This document shows, piece after piece, positions 54,953 through 63,606 of a stretch of DNA of 64,000 bases (the stretch's first letter is position 1; each line of letters opens with the position of its first letter). The notes under the pieces were generated by a model. The model did not search any database. It had not been told where the DNA came from and was given only the letters and a program-made list of their open reading frames with translations. Source of the stretch: an uncultured virus (IMG/VR IMGVR_UViG_3300013306_000447) (taxonomy: Duplodnaviria > Heunggongvirae > Uroviricota > Caudoviricetes). The position numbers were made by a program, and so were the translations under genes. The stretch is from IMG/VR virus record IMGVR_UViG_3300013306_000447. One strand, 5' to 3'.

Positions 54953-55690
54953 TCAACCTCGCTCCATCTCCCGTGCCAGGGCACGTCGAAAGAGCGGCTC
55001 GAACTCGGCCTCGGCCACTCGATTGGCGACACCGTAGAAGTCAAAGCGCCGGCGATACGTCGGGCGTTTGACGAAGATCAGGATGGGCCGTGCCCCGTTG
55101 CCGATACGCTCCCAGATACCCAAAGGGCCGGTGCCGTTGCCAGGCCGACCCACGAAATAGTCCGGTGCATTGCGGTTGCGGCGTCGGCTGCGCTTAGTGC
55201 GGTTGGCCATGAAGCCCGACACCCGCTCAGCTGCTCCGAGTGCGGACAGGATCTGCACGATCTGGCCGCGACTGATGTTGCCATTGCCATCCATCCTGGC
55301 GCGCCGACCAGGGACGGCGTACATGTCCGCTGGCATCAAGCCGTAGTGGATCAGCGCTTTCTCAAATCGCTTATGTGGTCGGTTGCCACCGTCAATGTGC
55401 ACCGGCAAGTACTTGGACGCGGGCACACCTGAGCTTGCTTCGTCCTTGATCCACACACGGGCAAACAGGCGGCTGGTCGTGGCACTGCGCTTGAAGACCG
55501 AGTTGAGCGTCCAGCGCGTGGGCCGATCAAATACCCGCTCCAGCTCGGCCTTCTCTGCCGCCTGTACGCGTTCAGCGGTGAAGGTCAGCGCTTTGGCAGC
55601 GGCTATTGGCACCTTCGACTTGCTGAGCCCACGCATCTCCCTAACGATCTTGTCGATGTTGTCACGCATCTCAAGTCGCATCATGGTCAT
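54953..55690 (-). CDS. Basic phage morphogenesis protein (gpZ-like)
   Basis: VPIAAAKALTFTA, FDRPTRWTLNS; Arg-rich. Confidence 0.6.
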   Translation of the reverse strand: MTMMRLEMRDNIDKIVREMRGLSKSKVPIAAAKALTFTAERVQAAEKAELERVFDRPTRWTLNSVFKRSATTSRLFARVWIKDEASSGVPASKYLPVHIDGGNRPHKRFEKALIHYGLMPADMYAVPGRRARMDGNGNISRGQIVQILSALGAAERVSGFMANRTKRSRRRNRNAPDYFVGRPGNGTGPLGIWERIGNGARPILIFVKRPTYRRRFDFYGVANRVAEAEFEPLFRRALAREMERG

Positions 55691-55704
55691 TGCCCCCTGG
55701 ATGC

Positions 55705-56049
55705 TTATGGTCCAGCTTCACCGTTGGCTTGCGCTTCACGCAGACCAAGGCGCTTGGCCGCCCAGCGCTCGTACAGCCCGATCGCAACGTCTGCCCCTGC
55801 CATCGCCGTGAGGCATCCCAGCGCACCGGACGTCCAGATCGACATGCCTGCCGCATACAGCAGCATGATCGCCGATACCCCGCACACCACGCAGGCGCCG
55901 GACCGAAGGGCCAATCGTCGGATCAATGCCCAACCACGCGTCCCTTCCTTGTCCGCTCGCCACATCTCGCCCGACACACCGCCCACCAGGGCCAGGACGA
56001 TCACTAACCAGATCGGCATTTCTGCCAGCGCTTGCTGTTCGTTCGTCAT
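55705..56049 (-). CDS. Holin (PA0614-like)
   Basis: MTNEQQALAEMPIWLVIVLALVGGVSGEMWRADK; three TM segments. Confidence 0.88.
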   Translation of the reverse strand: MTNEQQALAEMPIWLVIVLALVGGVSGEMWRADKEGTRGWALIRRLALRSGACVVCGVSAIMLLYAAGMSIWTSGALGCLTAMAGADVAIGLYERWAAKRLGLREAQANGEAGP

Positions 56050-56067
56050 TGGCCTACTCCGTAAACG

Positions 56068-56097
56068 AAAAAGCCCTGCACTAGGCAGGGCTCAAAA
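56068..56097 (-). terminator. Intrinsic terminator before the holin
   Basis: AGCCCTGC-ACTAG-GCAGGGCT with a T run on the minus strand. Confidence 0.65.
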
Positions 56098-56107
56098 ACG
56101 TTGTTGT

Positions 56108-56407
56108 CTAGTGGATGGGTAGTTCACTGCTACGCGAACTCAACCTTCTACTTCTGTCGAGATAGTTATATCCCGCATTGGTGACGCGCTGGATACGTAT
56201 ATCCGGAGCGTCCCCTTCAACATTGATACAACCCAAATCTACAAGCAGCTCGATATGGCCATCCACGACTACATCGGACCAATGGACACACTCGGCGCTG
56301 GAGAATTTGCTGCGAATATCCTTCGCCGATAAATTGAGCTTCCAGTCATCGGAGTCCTTGATGCAGACGTCTAAGATTTTCACCAACAGCTTCTGATCTC
56401 GTTCCAT
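56108..56407 (-). CDS. DUF2513-like winged-helix protein (moron)
   Basis: MERDQKLLVKIL...HIELLVDLGCI...VTNAGYNYLD. Confidence 0.7.
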   Translation of the reverse strand: MERDQKLLVKILDVCIKDSDDWKLNLSAKDIRSKFSSAECVHWSDVVVDGHIELLVDLGCINVEGDAPDIRIQRVTNAGYNYLDRSRRLSSRSSELPIH

Positions 56408-56457
56408 TTCTCAGTTCCAAAATTGGCTGTACGAAGTAGTACGTCTGAGGAGAAATG

Positions 56458-56486
56458 AAAAAAACCGGCGCAAAGGCCGGTTTTTT
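56458..56486 (-). terminator. tR'-like terminator
   Basis: AAAAAACCGGC-CTTTGC-GCCGGTTTTTTT on the minus strand. Confidence 0.8.
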
Positions 56487-56526
56487 GGTGAGGTCGCTGT
56501 TTGCGTACCTCTTTGAACATGACTGA

Positions 56527-56555
56527 TTTATACCCCTCCAGTCCGGTGGCAGCAA
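56527..56555 (-). promoter_or_regulatory. Late promoter (pR'-like)
   Basis: TTGCTG, 17-bp spacer, TATAAA, upstream of tR'. Confidence 0.65.
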
Positions 56556-56569
56556 GAGCTCAGCGCTGC

Positions 56570-56611
56570 CACCCTGCAATCAACGGTAATCAACGGCAAT
56601 ACACAGGCAAT
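56570..56611 (-). promoter_or_regulatory. P-box-like tandem repeats (PrtN target)
   Basis: ATTGCCTGTGT ATTGCCGTTG ATTACCGTTG ATTGCAGGGTG against the pyocin consensus ATTGnn(n)GTnn(n). Confidence 0.7.
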
Positions 56612-56927
56612 CAACGGACATATAACGTTACTGGCTCTAGCGCCGCAGGCATGGACCCTCTTGTCCCACTGTTTTCAAGAGAGGCGCGACGTCTGAAACA
56701 CCGATGAATCAAAGCGGCGCCCCTCCGTCCTACTATTTATTACTTTTTCCATGTAAAGGGAGAATTAATAAACGCTGCGCGTACGCGCGCGCGTATGTGG
56801 GTGTATGCGTCACATGCGGGAAAGATGCAAAAAAGGTGGGACGGTGGGCCATCATCAATTAACACGCGGCGCGCAGATGACCCACCCGCCAAAACACTGG
56901 CAGGCCGTACAGGGACGCGCCGCACCA

Positions 56928-57287
56928 TCAAGCTACGCGCTCCAGCAGCATGCCTGCGATCTCCAGATGTGCCGAATGCAAGCGCGCATAGAACTGCGTT
57001 CGACCACACCCGCAGTGCGCCCATTTCTGGCGTTCTACGCTTTCACGGTTCAGGTAATGCTCTTGCACCACTTGGGCCAGATGCCAGGACAGACGCTTGT
57101 TTACGATCACCTCAATGTCTGCACTCCATGGCAGCAGCATCTTCGAACCGCCGCGTGTGCCTCGAATCAATTCCCCCCGGCAATCGATCAATTGACCCAA
57201 CATACTGCTGGCAGACCCGTCAGGGCCACCGCCACCGTGCATGTCGAGCGCCCACAATTTCAACATCTCATCCATTTCCGGGATCAA
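56928..57287 (-). CDS. Q-like antiterminator (PA0613/AlpA-like)
   Basis: TTG start overlapping upstream stop; MDEMLKLWA...CGCGRTQFYARLHSAH. Confidence 0.75.
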   Translation of the reverse strand: MIPEMDEMLKLWALDMHGGGGPDGSASSMLGQLIDCRGELIRGTRGGSKMLLPWSADIEVIVNKRLSWHLAQVVQEHYLNRESVERQKWAHCGCGRTQFYARLHSAHLEIAGMLLERVA

Positions 57288-59506
57288 AATGCGGTCTCCT
57301 GCCTGGGCACCGCCGACCCTCGCTTCCACTCCGGCGGTTTCACATACTCATAGCTGCGCACACCACGCACACAGTTACCCTTGCGCCGGCGGGGCCAATT
57401 CATCCGATGCATAATCTTGCCGATGCGCATTTGCTCGGGTCTACCCCAGTGGCTTGGATCGATGTTAAGCGCATGCTCAAGCAAGTGCGCGCCCGTCACC
57501 GTATCGCCAATATGCTTGTCGGCCAGATAGCCGACCACCAGGTCTTCCCACATATCTGCCTGATAACGCTGATCCTGCTCAGCTGCGAAAACATCAGCCT
57601 CATCGCGCTCCACCCACCAGATGTCACCTGCGCGAAAACAGGCTAACGCTTCGGCCCAGAGTTGATCACGGTCGGCTCGCAGTCCCTCTAGATCAACTTT
57701 GGTACACATTACCGGCCAGTAACGGCGGTTGCCCGTATCGTCCTTCAGGTACTCATCCTGGTTGGTCGTGCCGATAAAAACGCTCTGCCGGGGAACATCC
57801 AGCATCCGCCGGCCATAGCTCTCGCGGTAGGTATCGATGGGCGATGAGACGAATTGCTTGGCCTTGGTCGACTCTGCCTTGTTCAGTGAGTCCAGCTCGG
57901 CCATCTCCACAATCCACTTGCCCCGGATCGCCTGATAGGCGTCTTTGCTGCTCAGATCAAATGACGTATCCATGAACCACTCGCCGCCCAATACCCGCGC
58001 AGCCGTGGATTTCCCCTCGCCCTGCAAGCCTTCCAAAATCAACATTGAGTCAGCCTTGCAGCCAGGTCGACACACGCGTGCCACCGCAGAAATCAGCCAT
58101 CGCTTGCCCACCTTGCGGGTGTACGAACTATCCATAACACCCAACCGATCCTGCAACCAACGCTCAAGGCGTCGCACGCCATCCCACTCAAGGCTATCTA
58201 GATACTCTCGCACCGGGTGGTAGGAGTTGTCATTCGCCACCGCACTGACAGCCTCAACAACGTGGGCAGTTTTCACCCGTAGCCCGTAAACATCAGCAAG
58301 CCACAGCGCCACCCTGATGTCGTCAAGATCGGTCCAGTCCCCCTTACCACCGCCATACGGAGGTGTACGCAGCTTGCGCGTCTTCGAACTGAACGAATCC
58401 CAGGCGATTACGCCGGCCCAGCGTTTATCGTTACCCAGAATCAATGCCACGTTGAATGGGTGTACGATCAATCCTCCTTTTTCAGAATACTGCAGCTTCT
58501 CACGCCACCCCTCATCGGTAGAGGGTCGAACCACCGCCAACACCTGGCGGCGCACCGTGTCCATGCCCTCAGCACAGTGCAAGTCGTTAAAATCCGTCCA
58601 GCAGTCTTCCCGGTCGTTGTCGAATACCGGCATAACCACCTGCCCACCGACCACAACCGACGCATTGCCAGCCTTGATTACCCCCGCGTTATACGGGTGC
58701 CCATTCACTACAGTCTTCCAATCATCATCTGCGCAAAACACCAACTGCCGGCCGGGATACTTTGTGCGCATGGCTTGTGCCACCGGCAGCAAGTTGCCGG
58801 CATCAAAGCAAATGCACACCGTCAGTGAGGTCGCCATGTGCAGGCTGGCGCCTGTCGCGTATCCCTCTGCGATCAAAATCACGTCGCCCGGCTCTGGCTC
58901 GGGGCCGATCAGATGAAACGCGCCTTCTTTAGCCAAACCGTACGGCCAGTAGGTTTTGTTCCTGCCCGTAGCAGCCTGCTTTTCCGGGTACAGCACTTGT
59001 AGCCCGACAATATCGCCCTTCACATTGCGCATCGGCACGAAAGCCGTACCGCTCTTTGCCTTGTAACGCAGACCGATGCCGACTACCCGCTTGGCATCCA
59101 AGTAACGCGAACCGCCCTTTTCAGATAGGTGCTTCCACATACCAGCAGCGCGCCGGGCTGCAGTGCGGTGCTTTCGGTCCTCAGCCAGGGCGGCCTTGCG
59201 CTGGCCTTCCTCAGCCCTGGCGCGCATCACCGCTCGATCTTCAGCGCTCAGCCGCCCGCCCTTTGGCTTGATCTTCTGCCAACTGCCCTTTTCACCCTGA
59301 CGCCAGTCGCCAAAAGCGCCGCAATACAGTGTTTTGCCGTCACCAGTCAGATGCTCATAGATCACATACCAACCCGTTTTCTCCGGGGCCTTATCACCGT
59401 CGCACTCGCAACGCGTTCGCTTACCAATCACCAATGGGGTTTCTGGTTTAAGCCCGTAGTCCTGCAACTGGGCCAACACATCATCGAGTAGTTCGTGATT
59501 GGTCAT
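57284..59506 (-). CDS. Toprim primase + VapE-family helicase
   Basis: IAEGYATG, ADDD, GLQGEGKST, GTTN...DDTGNRRYWP. Confidence 0.92.
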   Translation of the reverse strand: MTNHELLDDVLAQLQDYGLKPETPLVIGKRTRCECDGDKAPEKTGWYVIYEHLTGDGKTLYCGAFGDWRQGEKGSWQKIKPKGGRLSAEDRAVMRARAEEGQRKAALAEDRKHRTAARRAAGMWKHLSEKGGSRYLDAKRVVGIGLRYKAKSGTAFVPMRNVKGDIVGLQVLYPEKQAATGRNKTYWPYGLAKEGAFHLIGPEPEPGDVILIAEGYATGASLHMATSLTVCICFDAGNLLPVAQAMRTKYPGRQLVFCADDDWKTVVNGHPYNAGVIKAGNASVVVGGQVVMPVFDNDREDCWTDFNDLHCAEGMDTVRRQVLAVVRPSTDEGWREKLQYSEKGGLIVHPFNVALILGNDKRWAGVIAWDSFSSKTRKLRTPPYGGGKGDWTDLDDIRVALWLADVYGLRVKTAHVVEAVSAVANDNSYHPVREYLDSLEWDGVRRLERWLQDRLGVMDSSYTRKVGKRWLISAVARVCRPGCKADSMLILEGLQGEGKSTAARVLGGEWFMDTSFDLSSKDAYQAIRGKWIVEMAELDSLNKAESTKAKQFVSSPIDTYRESYGRRMLDVPRQSVFIGTTNQDEYLKDDTGNRRYWPVMCTKVDLEGLRADRDQLWAEALACFRAGDIWWVERDEADVFAAEQDQRYQADMWEDLVVGYLADKHIGDTVTGAHLLEHALNIDPSHWGRPEQMRIGKIMHRMNWPRRRKGNCVRGVRSYEYVKPPEWKRGSAVPRQETAF

Positions 59507-59721
59507 GCCCGTACCCCACGCCGGTCTGCCAGCTCCTGGCAGTCAGTGCAACGCGTACAGCCGCGATCAAGCATTGCCAATCGCCGAGCCTCTAGGATGA
59601 AATCCCCGCAGTCCACGCACTCGAGCGTACATTGGCCTGGATTGGCACTAGGACGCGCGGCCATCGCCACTGCAAGATTAAGAGCAATGACGTTATCAGC
59701 AACATCTGCGTTGTCAGACAT
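59503..59721 (-). CDS. TraR/DksA C4 zinc-finger protein (PtrB-like)
   Basis: DNADVA motif, CVDC...RCTDCQ. Confidence 0.85.
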   Translation of the reverse strand: MSDNADVADNVIALNLAVAMAARPSANPGQCTLECVDCGDFILEARRLAMLDRGCTRCTDCQELADRRGVRA

Positions 59722-60223
59722 AGGTCAGATCCTCCGCATGCATCTTGCGGAGCACTGCGCGCAACTTGAACACCGCCTGCACCATCCGCTCGGCCAGCAG
59801 TTCAAACTCAGCCAGTTCGTCATCGTCCAATTTGTCATCGGACAATGAGGTCGATACATGCGTGGCTAACTCCCCCTCACGAGAAAGCAACTCGCCAATG
59901 CCTGCCATTAGCGACTGCGCCGTGTCGGTGTCGCTCAACTCGGAAACGTCGATTCCCACCCAACCGATGGGATGCAGCAACGCGTCTACGATGCGCGGAT
60001 CGCGCGTGGCACCCAGCACCAATTCAAGATCGCCAATGTTAGGCGTGTGGCTGGTGTTGGTCAGGCTCAGCTTATGATTGAGGGTGGTGGCGTTGCCGCC
60101 GTCGATAGCGGCAATGGCAGTGGCTCCGCCTGGATAATCACGTGCGGCGTGGAGCAAAGCTTGCGGTAGAGTCAACAGCGAACGCCGTGCGCGCTCAATG
60201 GAATTGAACTGTTTACGGTTCAT
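59714..60223 (-). CDS. CII-family regulatory protein
   Basis: DYPGGATAIAA...TLNHKLS...LSDDKLDDDE. Confidence 0.78.
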   Translation of the reverse strand: MNRKQFNSIERARRSLLTLPQALLHAARDYPGGATAIAAIDGGNATTLNHKLSLTNTSHTPNIGDLELVLGATRDPRIVDALLHPIGWVGIDVSELSDTDTAQSLMAGIGELLSREGELATHVSTSLSDDKLDDDELAEFELLAERMVQAVFKLRAVLRKMHAEDLTYV

Positions 60224-60496
60224 GGCAAAACTCCAAAAACTCTGCCAGTGACCGCCGCATGCCTGTTTGGTACAGTTGCGCCGTGGTCACTCACAGGTGG
60301 TCGCATGCAGCCGGTTGCTCTGTGGTAGAAAACCCGGCTGCACCCCAATGGCAAGGCACACGCTCCGCATGTGCCCTGTCGTTACAGCCTGCAGACCGTG
60401 GTGGGTTAGCAGGCAACCCAGGGCATCCGTGCCTTGGGGGGTGGTGGAACGGCGCGTTGTATTGGTTTGCTCCGCGCCGCTCTGCCTTTTACTTCG

Positions 60497-60685
60497 TTAA
60501 GCAGCCTGCTGGCTTGACGCTTTATCTGTCGCCCTGAGCTTTCCATCTGTAAGCACTTGAACCTGATACTGGCGTGACTGCGGCGGCTCACAGCCCCATT
60601 GCGATACTGCAGCGGGGGAGACTTTCAGAGCCGCAGCCACTTTAGATTTCCCTCCGAAGAAGGCGATTACTTCTGTCGTGAGCAT
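60497..60685 (-). CDS. cro: Cro-like repressor
   Basis: VIAFFGGKSKVAAALKVSPAAVSQWG...TDGKL; AGGAG RBS. Confidence 0.88.
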   Translation of the reverse strand: MLTTEVIAFFGGKSKVAAALKVSPAAVSQWGCEPPQSRQYQVQVLTDGKLRATDKASSQQAA

Positions 60686-60715
60686 GGTGCTCTCCTGTTT
60701 TCCTGCCCAATACAG

Positions 60716-60783
60716 TAAGTACACTTAACTTATTTGGCAAGCAAATGAAGGACTCCAAACAAAGTAAGCCTTAAGCTAGCTTA
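60716..60783. promoter_or_regulatory. OR-like operators TAAG-N4-CTTA
   Basis: TAAGTACACTTA (60716) and TAAGCTAGCTTA (60772). Confidence 0.65.
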
Positions 60784-61440
60784 ATGAATACTCCAGCAGA
60801 AAGAATCGCATACGCCATTTCCAAGTGCGGAAAGAAAGCCAGCGTCTTGGCGATAGAGTCCAACCTGAGTGCTGCCAGAATTAGCCAGTTAGCGCAGGGA
60901 GACGGGAGCCTCAAGGCTGAAAATCTTTTCCTATTCGCACGCGCTACCGGGTTCTCAGCCCAGTGGCTTGCCGAAGGCATAGGGGACAAATATGACGCCG
61001 GTGCCCTCGAGGAGGGCCATGTGCTGATTCCCCAATTCACCGCCAAGGCGGGTGCAGGCCCGGGCCACACCAACCACCACATAGAAGACCTCGGCGGCCT
61101 AATGTTTAGGAGAGACTGGCTTACCCGAATGGGCTTGAAGGAAAAGAACCTCAAGGTCATCTACAGCACAGGAATGAGCATGTTCCCGACCATTGCTGAT
61201 GATGATGTGCTGCTGATTGACGAAGGCCAGCGCGAGCCGTTGAACGGCAGAATCTATGCAATTCAGCGCCCAGACGGAGACATCAGCATCAAGCGCCTAG
61301 TCCACACGCTCACCAACGGTTGGATAATTCGAAGCGACAACGAGGACAAACGCGCTTATCCGGATGAGAGCGCTACTGATACAAGCATTGGTCATCTACT
61401 CATCATCGGACGGGCCGTATGGCATGCTGGAGCCCTCTAG
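60784..61440 (+). CDS. cI: CI repressor, HTH + S24 peptidase (PrtR/AlpR-like)
   Basis: N-terminal HTH, AGAG cleavage region, GMSMFP (Ser), IKRL (Lys), SDN. Confidence 0.92.
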   Translation: MNTPAERIAYAISKCGKKASVLAIESNLSAARISQLAQGDGSLKAENLFLFARATGFSAQWLAEGIGDKYDAGALEEGHVLIPQFTAKAGAGPGHTNHHIEDLGGLMFRRDWLTRMGLKEKNLKVIYSTGMSMFPTIADDDVLLIDEGQREPLNGRIYAIQRPDGDISIKRLVHTLTNGWIIRSDNEDKRAYPDESATDTSIGHLLIIGRAVWHAGAL

Positions 61441-61464
61441 CTGTAGATCTCTTAACAAAATATA

Positions 61465-61502
61465 TTAAGCTTTCTTGACTTAAAAAGTTAAGAGAACTTT
61501 AA
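61465..61502. promoter_or_regulatory. OL-like operators / pL region
   Basis: TAAGCTTTCTTG and TAAGAGAACTTT, one mismatch each to the OR motif; TTGACT overlaps the first. Confidence 0.55.
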
Positions 61503-61539
61503 TTGCCTCACTCTCCCACCACAGAGCGAGGCAATTCCC

Positions 61540-61710
61540 ATGCAAACCGCAACGTTGCACGTCCTACCAACGTGCCCAGAAAGCCGCGTTTTCGAGGTGC
61601 GCCGCCTAGCCATAATCCACGGCTGCGCCTTCGCCCCTACCAAACGCAAATCAACTACCAGCCCAACGCCAACCCCCTTCAATCCTGACGATGGAGGGCG
61701 TGCAGCATGA
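61540..61710 (+). CDS. Small early protein (56 aa, below the ORF-track cutoff)
   Basis: MQTATLHVLPTCPESRVFEVRRLAIIHGCAF...DDGGRAA*, GAGG RBS, ATGA overlap with next gene. Confidence 0.7.
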   Translation: MQTATLHVLPTCPESRVFEVRRLAIIHGCAFAPTKRKSTTSPTPTPFNPDDGGRAA

Positions 61711-62270
61711 GTAGACTATCTCTCAACGCCAGCGCCTACATCCGTCTACAGGCCCAGGTAAACCTTAGCGGCACCTTCAATCACACCCTGCATTCGTGTG
61801 ATGGCTGCCAATCCGTAGCGGCTCAGGTTGAGATCGAACAATGCACCGCCGGCATCACGGTGATGGTGCGCATCTGCGGGACGCGCAATACATCAGTCAC
61901 TCTCGATAAGCACCGCAAAAACAACGCCACGCGCGTTGCGAGCTTTATCGAAGGTATCGCCAATGGCCGCAGCCCCACCGGTGTGCCCGACGTAGATGAG
62001 CATGAAGCTGTCAGCGATATAGAGGCCACTCTACGTCTGGCTATCCGGCGTGGGCGCGGCATCTACCACCTGATCGCCGACGAACTGGAGCCTTCTCTAA
62101 AGATACAGCGCAACCCACGCGGCGGTTTTATCGCCGTGATCGAAATAGACGACGACGCAGGCTGCCTACTCACCCTGCCCGCCGACAACCAGCGCGCTTA
62201 CGCAATCTTGGTTGAAAACCTTAATCAATTCCTGCAGGGCTACCGCAACAGCCTCGCGGCCGCCGCGTGA
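61707..62270 (+). CDS. Hypothetical early protein
   Basis: 187 aa, GGAGG RBS. Confidence 0.7.
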   Translation: MSRLSLNASAYIRLQAQVNLSGTFNHTLHSCDGCQSVAAQVEIEQCTAGITVMVRICGTRNTSVTLDKHRKNNATRVASFIEGIANGRSPTGVPDVDEHEAVSDIEATLRLAIRRGRGIYHLIADELEPSLKIQRNPRGGFIAVIEIDDDAGCLLTLPADNQRAYAILVENLNQFLQGYRNSLAAAA

Positions 62271-62279
62271 GGTGCCTAC

Positions 62280-62570
62280 ATGAGCATATCCCTCAAACGC
62301 GCAGCCCAACGCCTTGGTCTGGGTCACCGCGAATTGATGAAACGCATGCGCGACAAAGGTTTGCTAGATAAAAAAAACCTGCCAGCTAACCCAGCCGCAA
62401 CCAAAGACTTTTTGGTCACCCGCGAGAGCCGCTGGTTTCACGAGGAATACGGGATGCAATACCAACGTACCACTCGTGTGACTGAGATCGGCATCTCCTG
62501 GCTAGCCAACCAGATCGGTATTGAATGCCCAGCACCACCCGCCGTGCCTGACCCGCGAGAAGTCGCGTAA
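62280..62570 (+). CDS. Antirepressor KilAC-like DNA-binding protein
   Basis: AAQRLGLGHRELMKRMR...NLP...TTRVTEIGISWL. Confidence 0.75.
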   Translation: MSISLKRAAQRLGLGHRELMKRMRDKGLLDKKNLPANPAATKDFLVTRESRWFHEEYGMQYQRTTRVTEIGISWLANQIGIECPAPPAVPDPREVA

Positions 62571-62752
62571 TGAGACAGCCCGAAGCATGGCCGCGCCAGT
62601 ACGCCCGCCAGATCACGGCGATGCGAACTCGCGAGGAACGCATCGCCGCGCTGGCAGAGGTACCGGAGCACCTACGCGATCTTGTGCGCACCCACGTTGA
62701 GATCGCCTGGAACCACCCCCGAGGGAATACACATGGATCGCAAACTGATTGA
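62570..62752 (+). CDS. Small hypothetical protein
   Basis: WPRQYA...ALAEVPEHLRDLVRTHV; TAATG-coupled. Confidence 0.65.
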   Translation: MRQPEAWPRQYARQITAMRTREERIAALAEVPEHLRDLVRTHVEIAWNHPRGNTHGSQTD

Positions 62753-63200
62753 CACCTTACTGATCGAGCTGCTGAACCTGCCCGAAGAACGCCGTACCCC
62801 TGAGAAAATTCTGGCCAACCTGACATTAGCCGCGACCGCCGCCGGTGTTTCCCTCCCCATCACTGGCGCACCGCTGCAAATCGAGCACCTGCAACTGGCG
62901 GCGGCTCTCGACCAACTCGTGATCGATCTCGGCCCCAACTACCGTGCTCGCGCCATGCTGCGCCTTGGCAGCGGCATTGAGGGCGTTGAGTTGGGGGCCG
63001 TTCTCGAACCGCTAGACAGCACCTCACCACTGCCGCGCTTCGTGGCCTTTGGCAATACAGCACGCACAGCATTGGCAGCTATCAACCGCGATATTCGAGC
63101 CAGTAACCAACCACATGCCAAAGCAGCGCCGCAACGTAGGCCCGGAAAGCTGACGCTCGGCACGCTCAAGGCCCAAGTAGATAAGGCGAACGCAGCATGA
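62733..63200 (+). CDS. Hypothetical early protein
   Basis: 155 aa, GAGGGA RBS. Confidence 0.65.
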   Translation: MDRKLIDTLLIELLNLPEERRTPEKILANLTLAATAAGVSLPITGAPLQIEHLQLAAALDQLVIDLGPNYRARAMLRLGSGIEGVELGAVLEPLDSTSPLPRFVAFGNTARTALAAINRDIRASNQPHAKAAPQRRPGKLTLGTLKAQVDKANAA

Positions 63201-63517
63201 CGGCCTCTGTACAGCGCGAACTGCGCCTGCCGATAGCGCCCAGAAGTCAAACCGTTGACCTGCTGTACCGAACCCTCGGGGACCTGCTCGTACCCGTCGA
63301 ACAGGTACGTGAACGCTACTTCAGCAATCTCAACCAGGACAACTTCACTCGCGCACTGACAAGCGGCCGTGTAGCGCTACCCATCACCACTCTGGATACC
63401 AGCGCCAAGCGCCCCCGTTTTATCGACATCCGCCATCTGGCCATCTTCATTGATACCCAGGCTGATGCCGCAGACGAAGAACTGACAAACACTCAACCCC
63501 AGCCAGACGAGCGATGA
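63197..63517 (+). CDS. prtN: Pyocin activator PrtN-family protein
   Basis: TVDLL...VPVEQVRERYF...GRVALP...SAKRPRFIDIRHLAIFID. Confidence 0.8.
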   Translation: MTASVQRELRLPIAPRSQTVDLLYRTLGDLLVPVEQVRERYFSNLNQDNFTRALTSGRVALPITTLDTSAKRPRFIDIRHLAIFIDTQADAADEELTNTQPQPDER

Positions 63518-63606
63518 ATCTTTAACCGACACACTTCGATAACAGCTGCACCACCGCAACCGCTGCACCACCAGCCAAGCGGAACACAACAGTAGGAGCA
63601 AACCAC

